64,000 nucleotides of DNA, taken from positions 806,001 to 870,000 of the forward strand of contig CDRNST010000354.1 of the NCBI GenBank assembly GCA_977016875.1, in the 5' to 3' direction. The position numbers and the translations under genes were made by a program. Of the stretch, positions 1-13,164 are shown in pieces. A model generated the notes under the pieces. The model ran no database searches. It was not told the origin of the DNA and was given only the letters and a program-made list of their open reading frames with translations. Origin of the DNA: Pavona decussata (Eukaryota). Numbering within the stretch: the stretch's first letter is position 1; each line of letters starts with the position of its first letter.

Positions 1-4
1 ACAA

Positions 5-320
5 TCCAAGTTAGTATTTTGATGGTAGTTTATTGGAATATCATGTTTAACAGGTAACAGTCCAATAAAATACCATGAAACCAGACTTGGATTGTTAAGT
101 GACTGATAAAAACCAGTTATTTACCAATACAACTCCAAGTTAGTTTTGATGGTAATTTCTTGGAAAATCACTCCCATCACATGATAATGCAATAGAAATC
201 ATAAAACCAGACTTGGATTGTTGAGTGACTGATAAACCAGTTAATTACCAATACAACTCCAAGTTAGTTTTGATGGCAATTTATTGGAAATCCACTTCTA
301 GCATGTGATAATCCATTAAA
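5..320. repeat. ~125-bp tandem repeat (~2.5 copies), probable subterminal repeat
   Basis: CCAAGTTAG recurs at about 6, 135 and 259; the block AAACCAGACTTGGATTGTT.AGTGACTGATAAA occurs twice. Confidence 0.8.
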
Positions 321-631
321 AAGGAAACAGTATAGCAAACTTGCAAACTCATTTTTAAAACCACTGCTAATAATTTTCATTGTACATAAATAATTTATTT
401 TCGATTCAATTAAAGAACATTCTTTATATTTAAATGGTAAACATTATCTTTTGTTTAACTGCATTTTTCGTTTTATGTGGGAGACAGTTTATGTTTCGTT
501 TTTTGCTTGACTTCTCCTCAATAATTTTACGACAATAACACAATAACACAAATATCCATAGGTACATTTCTGGGTAGTATCCATAAACAGCAGTCCCTGC
601 AATCTAACCCTTTCCCAGGTCCAAGGGTGGG

Positions 632-1577
632 TTAAGGACAGACTCTAGAAATAAGGCTGCCTTCAATTAAAAGTGTTTCTGAACAGTAGAACAAGGCAAC
701 ATCTCTGAACACTACATCATCGTAATATGAATAATGGCACTGATAATGGCACTCCTCATCAACCCAACAAGAATATGCCACCTGCCAGCAGCTAACCCTA
801 ACTAAGTAGTAGTATGGGATTGTCCCTGAATGACCGCAATGGGGACAAGGTTCATCTCTCGATTCCATCACCCCATAGTGACTAGAATGGTCATTACTTA
901 CACATATCCAATAATGTTTTGGTTCAGAAAAACCCAGTTCCTTTAGCAGTGTTTGTACATCATCCCAGTTTCTTGGCCAGTGAATTGCAGCATCATCATT
1001 TCTACTTATATTCAAATCTTTACCCCATTGTAGAAGTTCTTCAAAATGATTTACGAAGCAGCCCATTTTCTGTTTCATTTCCACTAACCGAAGAACACTA
1101 TCCTGCACAAACTTCTTTACATTCTCTTCCTCATCATCACTGCCAACCGAGTCTGTTTCATCATCAATTGGTCCTGACTCGTCATCATTATCAGCTGACC
1201 CTGAACCACCAGCACTACTACAGTTGTTGGATGAAATATCATCATGTGCCCCGGCACAAAGATCACTAGGGTTTGGCAATTCGCTGTAAGTGTCTGCAAA
1301 ACAAGAAACAAATTCGTGCTCTTCATATTCCGCAGGATACTCCAAAGGTGAGTACTCCAGTTCCTCCAACGTTTTACGTGTTTTTTTAATAGGTGAAGGC
1401 TGAGATGATTGTGCTCGTTCTGACCTCAAGTGCTTCCATGAGGTCATACGCCAAGTTGCCCTGCCATTTGTCACATGGACAGTGTACATGAGGTTTTCCT
1501 TGCTTGCTGATTTCTCTAGCTTCAGCGGTTAATTGACAATGGCAGCAAGTAAGAGAAAAGTCTTCCCCTGCTTGCAT
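632..1577 (-). pseudogene. CACTA/EnSpm transposase remnant (N-terminal transposase-associated region; catalytic core missing)
   Basis: HVHCPCDK...TWRMTSWKHL (frameshift near 1480), acidic linker, then KHYWICVSNDH...CPHCG...IPYYYL, as in EnSpm TnpD N-termini. Ends shortly after YYYL with no DDE core. Confidence 0.6.
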
Positions 1578-2251
1578 TCCAGTTTGTTTAACACAGAAAG
1601 CAAAACACAGATAGGCAAGAAAGAAAAGAACCGCAACGTTTATAACCAACGCCATATCAAGTCCGCCATGTTTACTCTTCAGTGTACGTACGGGGTCTGG
1701 TAAGCATAAAGCCACAAGGGATCTGGGAATGAGAAAGTGAACGCGCCAAAACGACAGTCATCACAGCAAAGGAAGACAGGAAAGGTTCGATCACGGCTAA
1801 ATTGAAATAAACACAAACCAGGAGCTGGTATGGCTGAAAATAGCGAGGCAGCTGCCAGTGCATTGTCTTCAGAAAACCCAGGTAGATATTTTTGAAATGA
1901 TAGCTATTGATAGTGCGCCGTTACGAGTACTTATTTAGCTTCTTTGGTCTCTTCAAACCCATAATTATAAGCTTAGTTTTTGGCGCCATTTCTTGTTCAG
2001 TTGGTGAAAACAATAAGCTTAGCAAGCGCTTATTTTAGGGATTAGCGGAGCCATAGTTTAATAAACGTTCAATAAGACAAGTTACACCTGCGGTTAAGTA
2101 TATTTGAGACGCCTAGGAAGTAGTGGGTGAAATTTTGTACACTCCCATGCCACACAACTGTGCAGAGCAGCTTGATGTTGTTGCCGAGCGGCTTCTTTCG
2201 ATTTTTTTGGGGGGTCAAAAATGTTTGTGTTCCAGTCCGCTCACGTCCTAG

Positions 2252-5167
2252 ATAACTGTTATTTTTCCCTTTTATGAACAATCAGTGGAATGGAGTCCTG
2301 CTGAATTAGCAGCATGGTTTAAGACACAACATCCCACTTTAAATGAGGAAGCAAGTCTTCTACAGGGTAAGCATTGTGTAATTTTGGCTTTCCATCTCCT
2401 TTTTTGCTATTTGTTTGCTTACAGGGCTGGGGTAAAATTGGGAGATGGCTAATCCATGTGCAGAGCGGCATGGGAAGACTTCTCCTCACGGCAGTTTGTC
2501 CATACATGTATTAATATTATTTGCATGCGGCCTAATATACAATGGCTTCACATCATTTATAGGAAAAGTAAGGAGGCCCATACTATATACTTTTTTTGAC
2601 TGTGTTTTCAATGTTAAACACACCACTCATAGGAGCTTATTATTATGATTCCATACTAGATAATGACATATCTGGTAAAACACTATCACTGCTAGACAGG
2701 CAGTGTTTGAAGGACCTTGGAATTACATCAATCAGAAAACAACTCGCTGTGTTGGCTTGCATGAACTACTCTGTCAGTAAAAGTATGGTCCAACATATCT
2801 TTGTCTTGTGTGATAGTTCTTTCATACACAACAATTGCCATTGAGCATGATTTGAGTCAAATTCTTCCAGAAGTAAAAGTGGTAAATTGCACTCCCTAAA
2901 CCTGGGTAGCTTAGTGGGGAGGGTAGGGGTTTAGTGGAGAAATTTATTTGACTGGAACATTTCTTGATTCTAATATAATTGGGCCATTTTTTTTGTGATA
3001 AGAGATATTCATCTTAAAGGGTGGGCATAAGAGTAGAGTATTCAATTGAACCTCATATAAATTTCAACACATGTGAACACATGGAGGAATTATTAGTGTG
3101 GCAAAACGTATCAGCTAGGCAAATATGTCAGATATCTGTGTGCAACTTCATGCACCCAAACTTGAAAGTGAGCAGCACATCCAATATTTGAACAAACAAA
3201 GCTTTCAAATAATATTAAATGATAATTATAAACCCCTTTCATAGAATGCTTGTCAAACAACATTTTAATGAAATTAATTTTAGCAAATAGTGAAAGAGAA
3301 TCCAGCCCAAAATCAAGGTCTGCCCAGAGTCCTTCAAAGGGTATGAAAGCAAAAATAACAAGAAAAGACAAACAAGAAATGACAGCTGAGGACAAACATT
3401 TGTACCATAACAAGTGAGTACTGTTTTATTAACGGAGTACCCTCTGAATTTGGGAACAGAAAACAATGTAACTTGGAAATGATTGAAAATGTGATTCCAT
3501 AATGTACAATATCTTTTTTAAATTGCAGGATCAAGCTCATAAGGAAGGAATGCTCCAAGAGGTGGCCTGGAAACAAGAAAGTGTATTTTCGCAGTAACAA
3601 TGTGAACAGCTTAATAATGCTCTCAGAAATGGTGTCTTCATTGGAGCCCATCTGTACAGTGAGGCAAATTGGCTTTGGGCAAAGTAAGTGAAGGTTACCT
3701 ATTGAACCCTGACTAAAGCCAAGTCACAAATAGTGGTTATTGTGGAGAAAAAAAAATCCCAATGAAAGGTGCCTGAAGTTTTAAACTTGCAATAATTTGT
3801 GACTCTATTTTGCAGGGGTCCAGCCATAGAGGTTTATAATACATGAATGCCAGTAAGACGACGTGCATTACATATATGTGGTTACATAATAATATTATTC
3901 ATCTAACATAGCAATCTACACAGTATCCTCTGAGTTGAGGTTTAAGCTCAGTCAGTTGTCTTTTGTGTGTTTGGATTTCTTAATGATTATTTTTTTCTTG
4001 TGTGATTGTTTCAGGTGCAATCAGAAACCACATAATACAGTGGGCGAATGAAAAAACCGGAAACTAACTGATGGCTATGATTTTGAGGTACATCTGCTTG
4101 TTAATTCTATTTAGTTAGCAATTTGGGAATGGAACATTACCTTTTTCCTCTTGATTTTTTAACAGAAATCTAGGACACCTGCAAAGAGGGCTATTTCAAG
4201 TCAAGCAACAGATTCAAACCAGAACATTGGTAAGTAAAGGCTATTGTCACAGCCATCCTTTTTTGTGCTAAAACCACAACATATAATAATGCTTGCTGGA
4301 AAAGAAAAGCTAACATGACAAAGTTCTATATGTAGACTATTACATCTATTCATAAACCTGTGACTTCAGACATTCTTGTCAGGAGCATTTCAGTTATGAT
4401 CTGTTGATGACAGTACAAGCATTATTACAGATCAGTTTTTGATTTCATAGCAAGGCTGATTCTCAAAACATGATTATGAAGTGCAGGTTGAGCAGTAGAT
4501 GATTTAATAATATCAACTGTTAGGCTTCAACACAATAAGTAAGCCTGTTTAGTGTGTGCTTTGTAATTGTGTCTGTATTATGAAGGTCTTGTTGAGTTCT
4601 CTGTACTAAGACAAAAATAAGAAAATACACTGAAGGAAATACTAAAGTTTGAGAATTCACAATTTCTACAAGGAATTGTCTGGCAGGTAGGTCACACAAC
4701 CCTCCTGCCTGCCAGACATTCCTTGCAAAATTGCAATTTTTGAATTTTTATCAACTATTCCTTGCATATTTCTTTCAGGAACATCAATCATTTGTTAGAT
4801 TCAGTATGGTGAATCTATTTGTAAACCTTTAATTTTTTATTTCATTTAACATATTTTAACATTTTTCACACAATTTAAGACAAATCATTAAGAAAAGGGG
4901 CTATACTTAATACTTGATGAGATTTTAAAGTTAACATATGTTATTAAAAACTGGATCATTGTATAATGCAATGCCAGGGATTTGATTGGCTTAGCGGCCA
5001 TGGTATATGAGCCATTATACCATGCCCGATAAATGGTGACCATCAAATTGTCTTCTAATTGTTTTTTCAAAGCGAAATCAGCAAGATCTTGATTGTTTTT
5101 AATAAAACAATTATTCCAATCGCGCTTGTTGGATATGAGATGATTATAGCCAACTCGGCGCTACGCA

Positions 5168-5203
<36 letters not shown>

Positions 5204-5741
5204 GCTCGTGGAATAATTGTTAACTATAATTACTCAGTTAGCCTCTCAATGACCTGAGTGACTCATTGCTTTTTCTTTTTGCTTTCAGATGAGAGAGACA
5301 CAGAAAAACCTAGTCTTGGCGAAACCTGCAGCAGTGAAGGTATTAATGACATATCTCTGTTATCCGACTACAGTGCACACTTCATCTGTCCAGTATTCTT
5401 CAAAACGGTGACCTTCAAAAATTTTAAGTGTCAAAAAACACCTTGCCCCAGCCGCTAAAGTGCTCAACATCAAGTTTCGAGGGAATGGAAAATATGAATT
5501 GGCAAAGAAAATAGCTGCTGAACTTGTAAAGAAAGAGATGGTTCGTGTTGTTGAAGGTGCAAAGTACAACTGCCTTTCAAGAGATGAAATAGTAATCGAA
5601 CAAGAACTGGATCTGCAATTAGCTAAACCAAGCACTTCAGAACTAAATTCATCCTCAAGTTCTACCATGTCTGTTGATGACAGAGATGACCTTTCATCAC
5701 TGTCTGATTTTTCTGATGAGCAGAATGTTAACACAAGCTAG
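2252..5741 (+). pseudogene. 7-exon SAM (sterile alpha motif) domain gene, probable CACTA accessory gene, two frameshifts
   Basis: Exons ~2252-2366, 2660-2782, 3284-3413, 3529-3683, 4015-4087, 4166-4229, 5289-5741 with phase-compatible GT-AG junctions. Exons 1+2 give EWSPAELAAWFKTQHPTLNEEASLLQDNDISGKTLSLLDRQCLKDLGITSIRKQLAVL, a SAM-like pattern. Confidence 0.7.
4945..5222. mobile_element. non-autonomous element with long terminal hairpin, in an intron
   Basis: Imperfect palindrome 5106-5221: AACAATTATTCCA..GTTGGATATGAGATGAT..ATAGCCAAC / GTTGGCTAT..ATCATCTCATATCCAAC..TGGAATAATTGTT. Confidence 0.6.
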
Positions 5742-5938
5742 CTGGTTTGCAGTCAGACGTGATACAATGTATGTTATCCGATTACAGTGTTATCATGCCT
5801 GTAAAAGAGGAAAAATTATTTTAAAACTGGACTGCGTACTCTTAAAGTTCATGTTGTAACGGTTGACAATGTAAAAGGGTTTTTTGTTTCAGTTCAAATT
5901 ATTGTACGGCAGGTCTGAGCTATAAAGAGGACACTATT

Positions 5939-5984
<46 letters not shown>
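5939..5984. repeat. (AAT)n microsatellite
   Basis: About 15 AAT units read directly. Confidence 0.95.
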
Positions 5985-5986
<2 letters not shown>

Positions 5987-6059
5987 CAGTGTTAATGTTT
6001 CCTGTTTTTGGAGATGTGCATATTAATAATTATTAGATTTACTGACTTTGACAAAAGCA

Positions 6060-6645
6060 GCTTCAAATGTTGGATATTTTGAATAAAAATTAAGTTACCA
6101 ATCTTGGAAAAGTTACTTCCATTGTTGGACACTAATATTGTGGTATGGCCAACCTTGGTAATGGTGTTGTCAATGTTGAATATTTAGTAATTTACCAATG
6201 TTGGCAAAGCTGTTTCCCAATGTTGGACATGTAAGTTAATGATTTTCCAACCTTGGAAATGCTGTTTACAACTTTGGACTTTTATTAAATTTACCAACCT
6301 TGGAAATGCTGTGTCCAATATTGGACTTTCATTAAATTTACCAACCTTGGAAATGCTTTTTCCAATATTGGACTTTCATTAAGTTTACCAACCTTGGAAA
6401 TGCTGTTTTCAATATTGGACTTTCATTAAATTTACAAACCTTGGAAATGCTGTTTCCAATATTGGACTTTCATTAAATTTACCAACCTTGGTTAATTAAA
6501 AATAGACTTCCAACCTTGGAAAATTATGAAATGACTTTCCAATGTTGGTAAGTGTATCTCTTTTTCCAATGTTGGTGTTTCACTTGAATTTCCAATATTT
6601 TTCCAATATTTTCCCAAGGATTTTCCAATGCTCTTCCAATTTTGG
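6060..6645. repeat. subterminal array of CCAA..TTGG motifs including a 47-bp tandem repeat (~5 copies, 6247-6492)
   Basis: CCAACCTTGG(AAATGCT) at 6247, 6294, 6341, 6388, 6435 (variant) and 6482, period 47; many more CCAATGTTGG-type motifs flank it. Confidence 0.9.
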
Positions 6646-6885
6646 CTACATGAGTGACAGGCGCCAAAAATGTGACATCAAAACAGAAAAATAGTTGGAT
6701 GACGCCTACAGAAGTGTTAAGAATGGATGGATCACCCTATGGGTGGATCCACATACTTCCTTCGAACGAAAACAGGGAGAGATAGAAAGAAGGGAAGGTA
6801 AAGCAAAGAGGAAGAGAAATTCAGGTATGAATGGAAAACCATATTGCCTGTGTTTCCCGCTTGTTACAAAATTACTCAATGTTTA

Positions 6886-7810
6886 ATGGAAACAATGTCC
6901 TCCTTTAAAGTTGTTCATTCAGACGACACTATCGACGGCGGTGACAGTACTGAAGAGAACAACCATGACTCCTACAAAAACAGACTCGCGCGACTGCGAG
7001 AAAAACATGGAGAAACATTAGCGGACTTTAAACTGAAATATTGGGAAAAATGTTGGTAACCTTGGACATAAAAAAATTTCTTTTGGTAAAATAGAAAAAA
7101 ATTAATCTCATATTTAAATTTGGCTTTTCAAAAACTACATATTTTAAAAGTATGTGCGTACATTTGTTATTTTAAATTACAAACTTTGTCCGTCATTGTT
7201 CATGGACGAAAAATACAGTTGTGTGCCTTGACTTTTTTTTATTACTACAGGTAAATAAAACTCATCACAGTGAGGATGAAATGCCTCAGGTTTCCTTTTT
7301 TACCGGGAGAAATAAAGCCAGCTGTTCAACGGTTGACCTACCTTCATCTTCTTCAGCTCAGCCTTCAATGAAAGAAACAACATTAAACTCAATTTCGGAT
7401 GCTGAGGAAAAGGTAACTCTCTCACTTGATACTCCACTTTGCGAACAAGCAGCGCGAGGCAATCCTGGAGAGTGATTTTTTGTTGTTGCAATTGCTGCCA
7501 TTAATTGCAACAAAACTCTGAAACCGGTGTGTTTTCTTTTAAATCTTGCGCTCGAGATCCATAAATTTTGAAAGCACACTCGTCACCTCTACTTAACAAG
7601 AGAAAATTGCACTCCTTACTGATGTAATTTATTTTTCATTTTCCACAGCTACGTTTAAGAAGTATGATCTATAACCAGATTGCACAACTGAAGGATCTGT
7701 TTCATAAAGAAATCATTGCAAGAGGTCGATTTGACAAAGAACGTGCAAAATTAGTTAATGAGCTAAATAACATCGACCAAATTTTTCTGATTGATTATTT
7801 CGAATAAAGG
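6886..7810 (+). pseudogene. decayed spliced ORF of unknown function, convergent with the IS630-like transposase
   Basis: Exon-like pieces METMSSFKVV...KYWEKCW (6886-7056), ~7251-7570 and ~7650-7808, with AG acceptors and internal stops. Confidence 0.3.
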
Positions 7811-7948
7811 AAATGCGAATACAGGAAACTTGTGAAGCCGCGTAGAAAATAAAATTTAAAAAAATTAATGTGATAATAATTGGCAGCGTGTCATGCCGTA
7901 CTCTTCTGCTATTTCTTGTAAAACCACCTTTCATAGATGTACATGTAA

Positions 7949-9684
7949 TTAAAGGTATTCACAATGAGGAATGTAGTTTGCAATGGCTTCATCAGCTTTT
8001 TGCAAAAAGGCTTCGAAAACCACGTTCTCTAGTTCATCACACTGCTCCCAAACAAGGTCGTTTTCTCGTATCCAGCTCTTTGCCAGTGCAATCACTCCTT
8101 CGCAAGGCATCAGATTCGGACTATAAGGTGGATGAAAAATAAGGAGTGCACCGGAAGCGTTTATTGCATCAACAACACGTTGTGAATGATGTATGGCTGC
8201 ATTATCTGAGAACAACAATGACAAATTAAAAAATGTCTCAAATCTATAATGTGGTCTAAAAAATCTTTAAACGTTTTATGTCATACCCATTATAACTAGA
8301 AAGTGAGGATTTGCACTATTAAAAGGCAGAAGGTTCGGGACAAGCTTCTCATTAACAAACTGAAGAAAGACATCTCCATTTGTTGCTCCTCTATGAATAC
8401 CAATTTCAAGCAAGCCTTCAGAGGATACAATTGGGATGGCTGTAATTCGTGGATGCCAATTTGTATGCTCACTTTGGCACTATAACCTCGGAAACTGTAG
8501 CCAAATCTCCTTGTAAGTTGACGATCCTTAAAAAAGAATAAAACATACCTACTAATCTTCAAAAACAAGGGGTGTAAAAACAAGTGAAAATAAGGTTTCC
8601 TTGAATTATACTTACAAATCCACTTTCATCAAGAAAGACAAACATCTCTGCATGTAGGAGACAAGTATCCGCACGAAAATTGATGTTGGGCAATTCGCTT
8701 TGTTGTCAAGCAGCTTTCTTAAGCTAGAAAAAATAGTTACACTAGTGTTAGTTCGGGGCGACTTTAGCTTAAACTTGGTGTTCAGTAGAAGGTGGAGGAT
8801 AAAATGTGCCCTCACTGATCACACTTCATTTTCGGACAGTATGGTGACAAAATTGATTGGAATAATGGGCAGTTCAGTTAACACCACGGCAACAACAGAG
8901 ACAAAAATGCCACTTCAAAAAAACAACCCTCCTTCTTTCAAATTACTTTTATTTTAATTTTTCCATTACGCATAATTTGTTTCTTGTTACTGAGGTCTCT
9001 CGAGTTTGAATTTCATAGGTAGGAAACTGCCATGCCTTCGTGTTCTCCAAAAAAACGAAAATTTGATCATTTTGATGTTGTTGTTTGGCAAAGACTGGCG
9101 CGTGAAGAAATATGAAAAAAGCACGAGCAGAGGCACTTTTTCCCTTTGTCACTTGGCGGCCATCTCGAGTCTCATGGGAATAAAAAGCTTCATTCTTGCA
9201 CAGCAAACCCCTCTCTAAATTCGCGTCCGGCCGAGGCTTGTTGTGCAAAAACAAAGCTATTTATTCTTCTGAGTAAACAAATATCCCCGCGTTAAAAGGT
9301 CTATAATAATCCTGCCGATAACTGCTTACCCGTTTTCTTGTAACACCATTTCTTTGAAAGTATCGGCAAACCGTCGACACTTGAAAATGGTTTCCAAATA
9401 CAGTCATAATTTTCTCTTACAATCTCAGCCAGTGTCTTCTCTGAGTGCTCTAGCATAGCTTCCATAATCACGAGCTCCTCACGCAGGTGCATTCCAACCA
9501 GATCCAAAGGTCTTCCAGTTTTCTTGGCCACAACTTCACCCGTGTGCACAATTTCTTTTATGAATCTCTTTACCGAGCTTGGTGACATTGCCAGCATACC
9601 GGATGTATCCTCAATGTTATAACCAAGGAACACATGAAGCCATACAGCCCTTAAAAGTAAATCGTCCGAGTATGCTTTGGGCAA
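7949..9684 (-). pseudogene. IS630/Tc1-mariner superfamily DD34E transposase, 4 exons, frameshifted
   Basis: N-terminal (M)PKAYSDDL..R HTH...GRP; FVFLDESGF (~8616-8645); DNAAIHH-x-HPPYSPNLMPCE with 34 residues between D and E; minus-strand GT donors near 9329, 8615 and 8286. Confidence 0.85.
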
Positions 9685-12600
9685 ACTTTTTTTCCAGCAC
9701 TGTATTTTTTATTGCAAAGAATGATAATAGTAAATTATTGATTATCATGATGGAAATGAGGTTATTGTTCAAACACTACCCACAAATCCGTTGGGTCTCA
9801 TCGTTCACGGTTTATGCTTTCAAGGTGTCAACGTTTTTGTAATCGAGTGTATCAGGGCTCCTGGTTTATATAGCCGACACAGTGCCCGCGCTCTATATAG
9901 CTACTTTGAATTTTATTGTACAACATTATAGTTCATATTCACAGCCTTTCAGGATATATATAGGACATACAGATCATCATTCACTGCCGCAACCATCTAA
10001 TCAGTGGCTCATCTCTAAATTCCTTCTCACTAGTCGAGTGTAATTCAGCACTGCATATACTGTATTATGGATCCTCTTGTTATACGAAATTTTCATGATC
10101 ATTACAAAACAGAAAAAACCTAGCGTTTACAAGATGATTAATATATACACTTTTAATTTCATTCTCCGGGACAAAAATAGGCATCAGAAACGTGATTTTC
10201 ATTGACAGTTGTTAGAAACTAGCTAATGCTTATTCGGATGGCGCAAGCAAACAATTAAAGCGTATTACAAGGTTTGAAAAGTTGTAAGATTACAACCAAC
10301 ATACACCGTGTAAGTTTGTTCGAGACTTTACGAGTCTCTGCCATTTAACTATATTCTTTCCAACTATATTTCGTGCTTTTAGTTAGCAATAAAATTCATC
10401 TCTGAGAAAAATAAACACAAGTTAAAATTTGGAAGGTCAAGTCGTTGCTCTTTTAAACAAATGTGTTAAAACTCAGAACAAAATGTTTATTGCTTTATAC
10501 CAAGATGTTTTCCACAAATTTCGTTATAGTAATCAAAGCAGTGTTGGACAAATAAATGCTAAGCAAAAATTGTACGTGAAGGCCGTCTTTGAGAAGCAAA
10601 GCTTAGGTAAATCAGGAAGCTATGTTACCTCAAACCTCAAATGTGTCACTAGCTTACATATTCTTACATGGAAATATTTGTCCCTAAGTAAATCTGTGTA
10701 AAATCGCAGTTCCGATCAGCCTTGCAGAAATTTGAGTCATTTATATTTTTCCCTGATTAGATCTTTTACAGATCCTGCGTATACTTGCAGCATTTTCGTT
10801 GTTTACGTTTAAGTTTATTGAAACTCTCTGGCAGTTGAAAAGAACTGAATTAGCGAGCTAAATTTACAGAAGATAATGAAATGAATAAACTAATCTAATA
10901 ATACTAACAACTAACTAATTGAAATATTAACATGTAAAAAATTCCTCCCCCAAAAACTGTTTACAATACAAAGAATCGGTCAATCAGAATAGTATTTCAG
11001 TACGAATTCACAATTAAACCTGTAATTTTTTGGCTGTTGAATTCCCAGAAGTACTCGAAAATTTCGTAGAAAGTCCGTGGCCTGTATAACGTTTTGAGAT
11101 GTCTGCTCGCTCGTCACTTGGATAAAACAACAATTTGTACTTGAAGCACAATTTCTTCGCCATTATCTCTCGGATTTCCGCTGTCAAAAGTGTTGAGTAT
11201 TACTTAGTAGTTTACCATTTCGAAAAGGTGTGTTTTCCTTTGGAAAATGCCAAAATGGGCGAGTAAAAATTTAGCCACGCGGCCCACGAGGCAACAAAAA
11301 TTGAAATTTGACTCTGCTTCCTATAGACAAAAAGCTCTTTTGTCTAGGTCCCCCAAAGACGGAAAAAAATATGCGTGGTAATCCACTAGTCAGTGGAAAG
11401 CCCTGCACCCCCATACCTGGAGAATGCGCGTCATTAGTGGGGGATTTTAGCGGTTTTTAGTGGTCATCTTTGCCCCAGTGTGCGGGGTGTTCGACAACAT
11501 TAGACACAAATAACAGTGACTGGGGACCGTTAGCGGGGCTAGCGGGGCTTTGGCAGGGATTTCGCTTTTGAATAGGCCTGCAAAGAACACTGGGAAAGCA
11601 TATGATCTCAAAATGGTAGAAGGTATGTACGATTTAAAATCCATTCTTTTCATGCTTGTAATGGGCCATCGATTAAATTCTGTGTTCAGTCTCTAAATAT
11701 TATCATGTCTTGTAGTGTAATTAGAAAAAGTTGGGTATTGTTTATGCCCTTGTCATACTTGATTAGCGATTTATTTAGGGCGTTGACCTTTTGTCTTTTG
11801 GCACTTGTTTTCATTTCCGTTGCAACTGTGCAAACCGAGCCAATGGGCGTTTTTTATTTGTTGTTTTAAATAACTGTATTTGTTTTTTTATTGAACTATG
11901 TTTTTATAATGTGCTCAGTGTGTCAATTTACTTTTAAGTCTTTCAAATTCAAATTGTTGGATCGGATCGATTTTCAGTTTTCTGTCGCACCTTTTAGTTA
12001 TAAACATCAGTTCAGTATATTTATATTAAAGGCAGATGGTGTAACTTAATGCAATAATACAGTATATTTTAGCTTTTAATCGCTCCATTGTGAAGACCTC
12101 AGTCATTCATATGGTGAGAATGTTTGGTAATATAGCTATGGCCACATGTGTATACGAATATAAGCTTATATTTGCTAGTCATTAATCGATTTTGATCTTA
12201 AAGCTTATCGAAGGCTTTAACCTTGTGTTTTAAGTGGCAACGAAATTTTTGTTTTTCAAAGGTTTTATTTCAATATAAGGACAGCAGGTGGGCAGTGGAC
12301 ATTTGTGAAACTGAGGGTGTCATTATGAAAATCAAGGATTATTACAAACTCAGCAGCACTGCTGTTGTGGTTTTAAAGAAATATTCAGACTTGGTCTGAC
12401 TGGATCGACATTAAAGTTGAAGATATCTGTGACAAGGACAAAATTAATGTAATTGTGCTGGAGCAGAACACTGACAGTGACAAGTCCATTGACAAAACTC
12501 AAGTATCAAATATCCGGGTAATTGCACATGATTGATTTGAGTCCAGTTCCAGTTAATAGATCTGTGTGTTGTCCATACTGTAACAAGTTTAGTACCTTGT

Positions 12601-13164
12601 GGCTTTAACTTTTGAAGTTAAAAGTCTGTTTTGTTTTGTTGCCAGATGCTAGGAGTTTGTCTATTTCAATGTTTCAATGTGTTATTTTATAGTAAAAAGA
12701 CAAGTGAGATTTAATAACGGGATAAAGGAGTTTATAGACCATAGTAAGTTATTTTGTTAAAACGATTATTTCACTATTCACTTGCTGCTGTCTTGGCTGT
12801 AAAACTTAGCAGTGATATTGAATGTAATAAGTCTTGTAGATAAATAATCATAACATTTCATTGATTGGAATATTTATACAAAAGATGTTTTCTTCTTTGG
12901 CAGGTGGAAGAACAGACAGGATGCAGAGATGTTTTGCATGGTCTTGACCGAGAAATCTAATCCTTTGTTTTGGTGTCTTGTTGATGCATTGACATCTTTG
13001 AGCTATTTATTGAAAGCGATACTCAAAAAATTGTGACAGTACCTTTCAAGTCAATGGCAGATGCTTGATCAAGGAAATGTCATTTACCACTCTGCTAAGT
13101 TTTCTTCCCAACCTTTTTAGCACATTTACAGGAATTCTACACTTCACTTTTACCGCTTGATGGT

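Larger units (their letters stand above)
1..6656 (-). mobile_element. CACTA/EnSpm (CMC)-like DNA transposon, internally deleted; left end lies outside the window
   Basis: Transposase N-terminal fragment on the minus strand, tandem subterminal repeat arrays at both sides (1-320, 6060-6640), and a candidate terminus GAGTG at 6652-6656 (CACTC on the minus strand). Confidence 0.6.

Noticed and set aside
6247-6492. CRISPR-like regular repeats
   Set aside because: Whole 47-bp units are repeated with no unique spacers, no cas genes, and the context is eukaryotic.
9850-12250. Search for termini of the IS630-like and NCD2-like elements
   Set aside because: Only short hairpins (e.g. ~11323-11347) were seen, with no convincing TIR pair or TSD.
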